From the NCBI GenBank assembly GCA_964389675.1, contig CAYMEV010000023.1, positions 1-53,832 of the forward strand: DNA of 53,832 nt. Direction: 5' to 3'. This DNA is from an uncultured Candidatus Sumerlaeota bacterium. Lineage in GTDB: Bacteria > CAYMEV01. The notes beneath the pieces are model-generated. The model was given only the letters and a program-made list of their open reading frames with translations, made no database searches and had not been told where the DNA came from. The position numbers were made by a program, and so were the translations under genes. Shown piece by piece: positions 28,890 to 36,878 of the stretch. Each line of letters opens with the position of its first letter. Positions within the stretch are counted from its first letter, which is position 1.

Positions 28890-30641
28890 TCAGTAAGCAG
28901 CCATCGCATTCGTACCCGCATCATAGAGCAGCAACTGCCATGTGCTTAATGTCGAGTCAAAGAGGTATATATTCCCCGAAGAGGTCTCGCATGCTATCAG
29001 GTCTTCAAGCTCCTGTCCTGTGAAACTGCCTGCAATTGACCTTTTAAGGGGTGCAGATACCAGCAGTGACCATCCGGCTGAATATGAATAGCAGTATGTC
29101 CTGTTCAGATAGGTCATTATTATCTCATCGCCTGCAGTTCCTGATATATTCCCCGCTGTCATAATATGCCCTGTATCGGGGGTTCCGCATGTGATCCTGC
29201 TTACTGCAGACTGGGTTATGAGATAAAGCCCGTAACCGCTGAACGAACATGCAAGCTCATCACACCCGTCCCCGGAAACATCCCCTGCAACAGCCTGTTC
29301 CGGGGAAACACCAATGATCTTTACCCAGGTTTCTGTATCAAAGGAATAGTAATACAATCCATCAAAACCGCTGAACACTGCTGCCAGCTCATCTGTCCCG
29401 TCCCCGTTCCTGTCATAGGCAAGTACGATATCTGCCGGGACATTCATAAGGCTTGTCCAGGAAGAAAGGCTGTAATCCCATATATATAGCCCGTCGCCCC
29501 CAAATGATGCCGCGATCTTTGTCTCTCCATCCAGATCCACAAGGGCAAAATCAGCAGGTTCTCCAGTAATGGCAGTCCAGGACCCTCCGGGAGAGTAATA
29601 ATAAAGCCCGTAGCCGTCAAGGCTCGCAACAATATCCAGGTATCCGTCCCCTGTAATATCCCCTGTGAGCATTTTGCCGGCCGTTGCACTGCCCAGAAGG
29701 CAGTTCCAGCCGCCCTTTGCATCATGATCATATTCCCATATACCCATGAAAGAGGCATTCTCTATACTGACAACCGCTGATTCTGCTGATAAAGCAGTTC
29801 CGTCCCAGCCTGCTATCCTTGCAAGCATCCACCACATGGCGGCGCCTTTCAGGACACAGTTCAATGCCTGTGAGTGGGCACATGACCCGCAGGTCCCTGA
29901 TATTGACGCAAGCTCGGAAGAGGGGTTTGCAGAAAGCCAGTTTACAGCCCAGTTCCCTCCGCTGTAGTCGCAGTTATCATTACAGTATAGCTCCATATAG
30001 TTTGTAAGGCCGTCAGGGTCATAGCTTTCAATATCTGCAAAATCAAAAAGCACCTTGCCGTTTGCCTGGCAGTATGCCCTTATCTGGTCATTCCTTATGT
30101 TCAGGTTGCCGGTCTCTCCAGTACCGTCCAGATGGCCTGTCATATATATGAATGTCACATCAGGGTAATCAAGCTCAAGCTGGTTCATTGCATTAAGGTA
30201 TATATTTATCCCTTCCTCCGTATTGTCAGAGCATCCCCCGCACCATGACCACATAACTACATTCCTGTCATTATCAGGGTCATCAAGCATGGTAACTGTC
30301 TCATCCCTCCATGTGAGGTCTCCATTGTGCCCAAGGTCTCCGTAAGCCCAGGTGTCATTCAGGAATACTCCTACCTGAAGGCCGTAGGATGACATGTCAA
30401 AATCCCATATTCCCCCCAGTGCATCCTCAAATGCAGTTATCCCTGTAACCAGCTGGCTTCCGTGGGATGTATGGCCGTAGCCTATAAGAAGATCATCTTT
30501 GGCAGCCTGTATCCATGATTCAGGTATCTGTGTATAATCTGTACAGGTATGGTCAATAATGATCGCTTCCTGTGCTGAAACTGCAAAAGAAAGAAGAAAT
30601 AATGCAATGACCGCAATGCTGAAAACAGCAGAATTTTTCAT
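28890..30641 (-). CDS. Secreted hypothetical protein (possible SGNH-like N-domain) with C-terminal FG-GAP-like propeller
   Basis: SD AAGGAGG; signal peptide; YGHTSHGSQ, WSWC, YMTGHLD, FDFADIES, CAHS; C-terminal repeats homologous to those of the adjacent gene. Confidence 0.7.
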   Translation of the reverse strand: MKNSAVFSIAVIALFLLSFAVSAQEAIIIDHTCTDYTQIPESWIQAAKDDLLIGYGHTSHGSQLVTGITAFEDALGGIWDFDMSSYGLQVGVFLNDTWAYGDLGHNGDLTWRDETVTMLDDPDNDRNVVMWSWCGGCSDNTEEGINIYLNAMNQLELDYPDVTFIYMTGHLDGTGETGNLNIRNDQIRAYCQANGKVLFDFADIESYDPDGLTNYMELYCNDNCDYSGGNWAVNWLSANPSSELASISGTCGSCAHSQALNCVLKGAAMWWMLARIAGWDGTALSAESAVVSIENASFMGIWEYDHDAKGGWNCLLGSATAGKMLTGDITGDGYLDIVASLDGYGLYYYSPGGSWTAITGEPADFALVDLDGETKIAASFGGDGLYIWDYSLSSWTSLMNVPADIVLAYDRNGDGTDELAAVFSGFDGLYYYSFDTETWVKIIGVSPEQAVAGDVSGDGCDELACSFSGYGLYLITQSAVSRITCGTPDTGHIMTAGNISGTAGDEIIMTYLNRTYCYSYSAGWSLLVSAPLKRSIAGSFTGQELEDLIACETSSGNIYLFDSTLSTWQLLLYDAGTNAMAAY

Positions 30642-30755
30642 ATTGTAACCCTCCTTATCCGGGTTGCCTGCAGGCAGGCAAGAATTTATTTTTAATATTT
30701 AACAATAACCTAAAAAGCTGAAAGATCAATCGGAAGAACATAAACCCCCGGATAT

Positions 30756-31613
30756 CTACCTGTATCCGAAAGCGGCGAAGGTATCCCCCTGCTGTATGTC
30801 CCCGGTCCTGTAGCCTTTCATGAACCATTCCATCCGCTGTCTGGAGGTGCCATGAGTAAAGGCATCAGGGACAACCCTTCCCGTCTGCATCTTCTGAAGC
30901 CTGTCATCCCCAACAGCAGATGCAGCATTCATGGCCTCCTCTATATCGCCCTCCTCGAGCACATTCATCATCTTATCAGCATAATGGGCAAATACCCCTG
31001 CATAGAAATCAGCCTGAAGCTCAAGGCATACCATGATCTTGTTGTACTCGACCTTGTCCATCCTGCCTCTTAAGCCCTGCACCTCGTTCATGGTTCCAAG
31101 AAGGGTCTGGACATGGTGGCCGACCTCATGGGCAATGACATAGGCCATTGCAAAATCGCCCGGGGCATTCAGCCTGTCCTTCATCTCCTTAAAGAAGCTT
31201 AAGTCTATATACACCTTCTCGTCACCGGGACAGTAAAAAGGCCCGGTTGCGGCCTGGGCAAAACCGCATGCTGAATTTACGGCGTCAGAGTACAAAACAA
31301 GCCTGGGCTTTCTGTACTGCATGCCGTTCTGAGTAAAGATCTCAGTCCAGACATCTTCAACATCAGCAAGGACTACAGAGACGAACTCTCCGAGCTCCCT
31401 GTCCTCCTGGGTAAGCACTGCAGGTTCTTCAGAGGTCACTGCTGAGGTCTGAGTGTTCTGCATGACTTTCACAACATCTTCCGGGTTCCCCCCCAGAAGC
31501 ATTACAATTACAGCAATAATAATAACTCCTATACCGCCGAACGCAGCCTTCTTTGCCTTACTGCCCCTCAGGTCCTCAACATTGTCGCTCTGTCTTCTCC
31601 CTTTCCAGCGCAT
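30756..31613 (-). CDS. ypfJ: Neutral zinc metallopeptidase (YpfJ family)
   Basis: MRWKGRRQSDNVED.R, GPFYCPGDEKVYIDL, YVIAHEVGHHVQ, ELQADFYAG, FTHGTS.QR..WF. Confidence 0.9.
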   Translation of the reverse strand: MRWKGRRQSDNVEDLRGSKAKKAAFGGIGVIIIAVIVMLLGGNPEDVVKVMQNTQTSAVTSEEPAVLTQEDRELGEFVSVVLADVEDVWTEIFTQNGMQYRKPRLVLYSDAVNSACGFAQAATGPFYCPGDEKVYIDLSFFKEMKDRLNAPGDFAMAYVIAHEVGHHVQTLLGTMNEVQGLRGRMDKVEYNKIMVCLELQADFYAGVFAHYADKMMNVLEEGDIEEAMNAASAVGDDRLQKMQTGRVVPDAFTHGTSRQRMEWFMKGYRTGDIQQGDTFAAFGYR

Positions 31614-31794
31614 ATCCCTCTCCTTATGATACCTTTGTGGTATTTATTTCTTGCTTTATAATTTAAATATCAATAGATAAAAAAACAAGCAATTTATGTC
31701 TTTCCTTAAAAAATTATTATTAAACACGATAAAATTGATCCTGGCTGTTCATCCGCTGTACAATGGCAACCCATAGCTTTCTTATAGACAGCTC

Positions 31795-33123
31795 TCAGTT
31801 GATATATCCCAGCGCCCTGATCCTTTCCTCAATTTCTTCATTTTCATCAGCTTCCGGGCCTGGCTCGGGATAATCATAGATATGGATATTCTGGCGCACA
31901 TAGTCCATGAGCATTTTCGAGAGCTTTTCCGCCTGTTTGGGAAAACGGCCTATAATATTCAGCCTTTCTTCAGGGTCATTGATCAGATTATATAGCTCAT
32001 GCTTCTCATCGTCATAGCTGTGAATATACTTCCATTCATCAGTGATTATACAGCGGAGGGTGCTGTCGTTCTTGCCCTCAATTTTGGCTTTCCACAGCGC
32101 TGCAAAGGCGTAGAAATCTCGCGGTTCATCAGATAGCAGTGACATGCCCTCGTACTGATCGGCATAGAAGGGTATTGAGCATATATCCAGTATTGTGGGT
32201 ACAATGTCAATTACCTGCACAGGCCTCTCTATTATCATGTTCCCGGGGAGCCGGTCATTGCAGTGCAGTATAAGCGGAACATTCAGAACCTCATTATAGA
32301 GGGTGACGCCGTGGCCTGTACCGCCATGGTCCCCGAACTCATCCCCATGGTCTGAGGTTATCAGCCACAGGGTCTCATTTTCAAAAGCCCGGTTTTTTTC
32401 AAAAAAATCATATATGGATGATATAAGATGATCCTGATATAAAACTTCAGCATCATACAGGTCAACTGCTATCTTCATTTCCTTGGGTGAAAGGTCCGTC
32501 ACTTTTCTGTTTATAAGGTTCATGGCCTTTTTTTCGATGGAAGGGTACAGCCTGTCAAGGTATTCAGGTGGCGGATAAAGAGGCTCATGGGTATCCATAT
32601 AATGGATATAGATAAAGAAGGGCTCCTCAAGCTCTCTTTCGCACATGTCCTCCACCATATTGTTCACATCTATCCCGTCACTGCTGTGTATATACCTGTA
32701 GACATGGAATCCCTGGGCAATATTATAGTTCTCCTTCAGCAGGGGATTGGCTGATACCATATAGGTATGATAGCCGTTTCCTGCAAGTATCTCTGAAATA
32801 AAATCAAGCTCTGTTGATAAGGCCATGTCCTGCCTGTATGAAGCCACCGGGTTGACCCCTGTAAGGTGAGATGCTGTTGAAGGGAATGTCCATGAGCTGT
32901 GCGCATATACAGTCCTGCACATAATACCTTCTTCTGCCAGCCTGTCCAGGAAAGGGGTTGTATCCCTGTGGTACCCGTAGCATCCTACATGGTCAGCCCT
33001 CAAGGCATCACACAGGATATATACAATATTGACCGGCTTCTTTTCCGTATTTGTCATAAGCAGGTATGCAGATATGCCTGAAATAATAATTATGGCAGCT
33101 GCCAGAGCTGTTTTCCTGAGCAT
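31795..33123 (-). CDS. Sulfatase-like hydrolase/transferase, N-terminally anchored (paralogue of 4603-6015)
   Basis: CDALRADH, SSWTFPS, YMDTHEP, TSDHGD, GHG, ELYNLINDPEE, IRALGYIN. Confidence 0.85.
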   Translation of the reverse strand: MLRKTALAAAIIIISGISAYLLMTNTEKKPVNIVYILCDALRADHVGCYGYHRDTTPFLDRLAEEGIMCRTVYAHSSWTFPSTASHLTGVNPVASYRQDMALSTELDFISEILAGNGYHTYMVSANPLLKENYNIAQGFHVYRYIHSSDGIDVNNMVEDMCERELEEPFFIYIHYMDTHEPLYPPPEYLDRLYPSIEKKAMNLINRKVTDLSPKEMKIAVDLYDAEVLYQDHLISSIYDFFEKNRAFENETLWLITSDHGDEFGDHGGTGHGVTLYNEVLNVPLILHCNDRLPGNMIIERPVQVIDIVPTILDICSIPFYADQYEGMSLLSDEPRDFYAFAALWKAKIEGKNDSTLRCIITDEWKYIHSYDDEKHELYNLINDPEERLNIIGRFPKQAEKLSKMLMDYVRQNIHIYDYPEPGPEADENEEIEERIRALGYIN

Positions 33124-33363
33124 TCCTTTCTATACCCTTTGCCTTCTGTTTTGCAATATATTATACAAATCCGGACATAAATCAAAAAAAATATAGATGA
33201 CCTGCCCTGTGATAAAGCAGTTTCATTCCAGGCATATTTACCAGATCATGCACGATATATTCCCATGCATTCATGGCAAAACTCTGCTGAATGGCTCAGG
33301 GGCCTCATATTAAGAGATCTGGCTGGGCAGTTATAAAAACTTCTGATTTCTCTTTTTTCTTAT

Positions 33364-33391
33364 TTGACAATGAAGAAAAAATGGATATATT
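33364..33391 (+). promoter_or_regulatory. Putative sigma70 promoter of tdh-kbl
   Basis: TTGACA (33364-33369), 16 nt, TATATT (33386-33391). Confidence 0.45.
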
Positions 33392-33462
33392 TTGCCTGAA
33401 CTTGAGATTAAAGCATTACAATCAAAAATATAATAAATTTATCGTTTTAAAGGAGTTCTTGA

Positions 33463-34413
33463 ATGAAAAAGATTCTTATTATCGGAGCAGTAGGACAGAT
33501 CGGATCCGAGCTGACCATGAAAATGAGAGAGATCTATGGAAATGAGAATGTAATAGCTTCCACAAGGAAGACAGAACCAACCCTCAAGATCAAAGAATCC
33601 GGTCCCTTTGAATTCTTTGATGTAATGGACAGGCAGAGGCTGGGTGAGGTTGCCGACAAATACAGAATTGACCACATTATCAACATGGCGGCTATTCTTT
33701 CTGCGGTCGGCGAAAAGAACCCGATGATGGCATGGAATGTAAACATGAACGGGCTGATAAATGTTCTGGAGCTTGCACGTGAAAAAAACATGAAACAGGT
33801 GCTGATCCCCAGTTCAATAGCCGTTTTCGGCCCGGAAACCCCGAGGATAGACACGCCGCAGGAAACTGTCCTGAAACCTGCTACAATGTACGGTGTCACA
33901 AAAGTTGCCGGCGAACTGCTTGGAGACTATTATGTAAGAAGGTACGGGCTTGATGTAAGGGGCCTCAGGTACCCTGGTATCATAAGCCATGAGACCCTGC
34001 CGGGCGGGGGGACCACTGATTATGCAGTAGCGATCTATTATGACGCTGTCCAGTACAAGAAGTACACATGCTTTGTTAAGGAAAGCACAAAGCTTCCGAT
34101 GATGTATATGCCTGACTGCCTGAAAAGCACAATTGACCTCTTTGAGGCTGATTTCAGCAGACTGAAGCACCACAGCGACTTTAATGTTGCAGGCATGAGC
34201 TTTACCGTAAAAGAGATGGCAGATGAGATAAAAAAACATATCCCTGATTTCACCATAACCTATGAGCCTGATTACAGGCAGGCCATAGCAGATTCATGGC
34301 CTGAATCCATCGATGATTCTGCTGCAAGAAAAGAGTGGGGATGGAAACCCGATTATGATCTGGCCTCCATGACCAGGGACATGCTTGAGCAATTAAGAAA
34401 AAAACTAAAATAA
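33463..34413 (+). CDS. tdh: L-threonine 3-dehydrogenase (extended SDR/epimerase type)
   Basis: GAVGQIGSEL, AAILSAVGE.NP, PSSIAVFG, YGVTK, PGGGTTDYAV, LPMMYMPD, RQAIADSWP; adjacent to kbl. Confidence 0.9.
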   Translation: MKKILIIGAVGQIGSELTMKMREIYGNENVIASTRKTEPTLKIKESGPFEFFDVMDRQRLGEVADKYRIDHIINMAAILSAVGEKNPMMAWNVNMNGLINVLELAREKNMKQVLIPSSIAVFGPETPRIDTPQETVLKPATMYGVTKVAGELLGDYYVRRYGLDVRGLRYPGIISHETLPGGGTTDYAVAIYYDAVQYKKYTCFVKESTKLPMMYMPDCLKSTIDLFEADFSRLKHHSDFNVAGMSFTVKEMADEIKKHIPDFTITYEPDYRQAIADSWPESIDDSAARKEWGWKPDYDLASMTRDMLEQLRKKLK

Positions 34414-34424
34414 GGAGCATAAAT

Positions 34425-35651
34425 ATGTCAGTAGATAGGCTAAGCAAAGCTTTGATAAACTATGTTAATGAACTGAAGAAAAAGGGGACTGCCAAGGGAG
34501 ATGAAATGGTCATCACCAGGGTAATTCCTGCTGAAGGCGAACGCGGGCCCCGTTATATAGTCGAGGGCTACGGCAATAAGGAGTTCATGAAAATGAATTC
34601 AAACTCCTATCTCGGACTGAGCTTGAGAAAGGATGTTCTTGGGGCAGAAGAGGAAGGCTCAGCAACTTACGGGGTTGGCCCGGGAGCTGTCAGGTTTATT
34701 TCAGGAACCCATAAGCCGCATGTCGAGCTTGAAAAAAGGCTTGCAAAGTTCCATGGCAAAGAATCAGGAATGATATTCTCAAGTGCATATGTAACCTCCA
34801 TGGGTGTAATAACACCCCTTACAACCGGTGAGACAGTACTGGTCAGCGATGAGCTCAACCATAACTGCATCATAAACGCCATGAGGCTCGCCCGCCCTGC
34901 ATTAAAACTGATTTATAAGCATAATGACATGAACGACCTTGAAGCCAAACTGAATGAAGCTGTCGGCAAGGGCAAAAGATGCCTTGTTATTACAGACGGC
35001 GTATTTTCAATGAGGGGGGACTACTGCCCATTTGATAAATTTGTTTCAATCTGCCAAAAATATAAGGATAAATTTGAAGAAGGCATTACAACCATAGCAG
35101 ATGATTCACACGGTGTAGGGGCATACGGGGAAACAGGCAGGGGAACAGAAGAGATAACAGGCACCAAAGTGGATATTATCATAGGGACCCTTGGCAAGGC
35201 TTTCGGAGTAAACGGCGGATATGTGGTAGGCCCGAAGGCTCTGACTGAATACCTGAGGCAGACTGCCCCTATGTACATCTACTCCAATCCAATTACAGTC
35301 GGCGAGACTACAGCAGTCCTGAAAGTCCTTGACATCCTTGAAAGCCCTGAAGGCCTGAAGATACTGAAGCATATTAAGGAAATGACAAAGAGGTTTGAGA
35401 AAGGGCTTGTTGATAACGGCTATGAAACCATACCTGGCCCTCATCCTGTAACACCCCTTATGGTAAGGGATACACAGAAGACTTCAGAAATTGTAAAATG
35501 GCTCACAGAAAACGGCATCCTGGCAACAGGGCTCAATTTCCCCGTTGTCCCCAAGGGTGATGAGGAGATACGCTTTCAGATAAACGGCGACCATACTGCT
35601 TCCGATATAGACTATGTAATTGATGTATTGAAGGCATATAAGAATAAATAA
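34425..35651 (+). CDS. kbl: 2-amino-3-ketobutyrate CoA ligase (glycine C-acetyltransferase)
   Basis: NSYLGL, GAVRFISGT, SDELNH..II, ITDGVFSMRGD, DDSHG, GTLGKAFG (PLP Lys), FPVVPKG..IRFQ; operon with tdh. Confidence 0.88.
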   Translation: MSVDRLSKALINYVNELKKKGTAKGDEMVITRVIPAEGERGPRYIVEGYGNKEFMKMNSNSYLGLSLRKDVLGAEEEGSATYGVGPGAVRFISGTHKPHVELEKRLAKFHGKESGMIFSSAYVTSMGVITPLTTGETVLVSDELNHNCIINAMRLARPALKLIYKHNDMNDLEAKLNEAVGKGKRCLVITDGVFSMRGDYCPFDKFVSICQKYKDKFEEGITTIADDSHGVGAYGETGRGTEEITGTKVDIIIGTLGKAFGVNGGYVVGPKALTEYLRQTAPMYIYSNPITVGETTAVLKVLDILESPEGLKILKHIKEMTKRFEKGLVDNGYETIPGPHPVTPLMVRDTQKTSEIVKWLTENGILATGLNFPVVPKGDEEIRFQINGDHTASDIDYVIDVLKAYKNK

Positions 35652-35652
35652 T

Positions 35653-35729
35653 TGCCCGAAAGGGCACATAAGGCTCCCCGGGCCTGCTGCGGTATTGCAC
35701 TATAAATAGCAGGCGGGGGAGCTTTTTTT
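35653..35729 (+). terminator. Intrinsic terminator region after kbl
   Basis: TGCCC-GAAA-GGGCA hairpin followed by a long stem AGGCTCCCC..GCCTGCT / AGCAGGC..GGGGAGCTT with a T-run. Confidence 0.7.
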
Positions 35730-35830
35730 ATTGATCATTGAAATGAAGACCTGCCGGGTTTTTAATAAACTGGCATCCAGGGCTGAAGCATCGCTTATTA
35801 AAATAGATTTAAACATAAATTCATTTTAAA

Positions 35831-35859
35831 TTGAAAAATAAAAACAGACAGGGTATAAT
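35831..35859 (+). promoter_or_regulatory. Putative sigma70 promoter of the nucleotidyltransferase pair
   Basis: TTGAAA, 17 nt, TATAAT. Confidence 0.6.
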
Positions 35860-35898
35860 TAGAATATTGTAATTCAGAATAGAGAGGTTTGAAGCATA

Positions 35899-36423
35899 TT
35901 GATACTCGAAGTTTTGCAGAAAGTCTGCAGGAGTCTTAATGAACATAATATCCAGTATATGATCTCAGGCAGCATTGCCCTGAATATATATGCACTTCCA
36001 AGAATGACAATGGATATAGATATCGTGATCGAACTGCCTGAGAACATGATTGAAGAATTCATAGCTTTATTTCCTGAAAGCTATCTTGATGAGATTATAA
36101 TTATGCAGCAGGTTAAATCACGGGGGATGTTCAATATAATTGATGTTAAATCCGGTTTCAAGATTGATTTTATTATGCGAAAAGATTCGGAATATGATAA
36201 ACTGGCTTTTAACAGGAAACATAAAATAAGAGAATTTAACACAGATATTTGGGTAATAGATCTCAATGATCTGGTAATTGCAAAATTAAGAAGGATACAG
36301 GAATACCAAAGTGAAAAGCAGATACTTGATATAAAAAATCTGCTGCTTAATCCTGAAAGGGATATGAAATACCTGAAAAAATGGTGCATTAAGCTTGATC
36401 TTCATACTTACGGGCTTATATAA
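35899..36423 (+). CDS. Pol-beta superfamily nucleotidyltransferase (putative toxin-antitoxin component)
   Basis: TTG start after AGAGAGG; YMISGSIAL..Y..PRMTMDIDIV, KIDF, DLVIAKL, KQILDI. Confidence 0.75.
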   Translation: MILEVLQKVCRSLNEHNIQYMISGSIALNIYALPRMTMDIDIVIELPENMIEEFIALFPESYLDEIIIMQQVKSRGMFNIIDVKSGFKIDFIMRKDSEYDKLAFNRKHKIREFNTDIWVIDLNDLVIAKLRRIQEYQSEKQILDIKNLLLNPERDMKYLKKWCIKLDLHTYGLI

Positions 36424-36424
36424 A

Positions 36425-36697
36425 ATGAATGATACTCCTGATCATATAACTAAAAAGCAGTTTGAAATATTCTATAATAAACCCTTAAGTGAAAAGATCC
36501 GCTCATTATTTGAAATGACAGAGCTTTCAAGGAATATTATATTAAATCAGCTTCGCCTGAAAAATCCGGAAATGAGTGAAGCAGGCCTGCAGATTGAACT
36601 GTTCCGGATCTTTTACCGTGATGACCTCAGCCCTGATATTATTGAAAGGGTTGCAGAGAAAATGCGAGAATTCCATCAAAATCTAAACAAAAAATAA
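36425..36697 (+). CDS. Small helical hypothetical protein, partner of the nucleotidyltransferase
   Basis: ATG 1 nt after the NTase stop (TAAaATG); MNDT...SEK....EM.......LR.KNP.MSE..L..ELF...Y. Confidence 0.65.
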   Translation: MNDTPDHITKKQFEIFYNKPLSEKIRSLFEMTELSRNIILNQLRLKNPEMSEAGLQIELFRIFYRDDLSPDIIERVAEKMREFHQNLNKK

Positions 36698-36878
36698 GCA
36701 TTGATACAGTAAGAATTCTTTAAGCCCTTTAAGCCATATCAGAGCTTATGGCAGGAATCTGTTTCCAAAGCCGGATAAATTATCCAGGCATGGCTTTGGA
36801 TCATGCACATTGTATTAAATCCCCATACAGACTGCCTGTAAAAGGATAGTTCCTGGTCCCTGCAGGAGGTCTCCATTC

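Noticed and set aside
33270-33330. Glycine riboswitch upstream of tdh-kbl (GCAAAACTCT...CTCAGG fragments)
   Set aside because: The GGAGA and CCGAAG core elements and the tandem aptamer layout are not present
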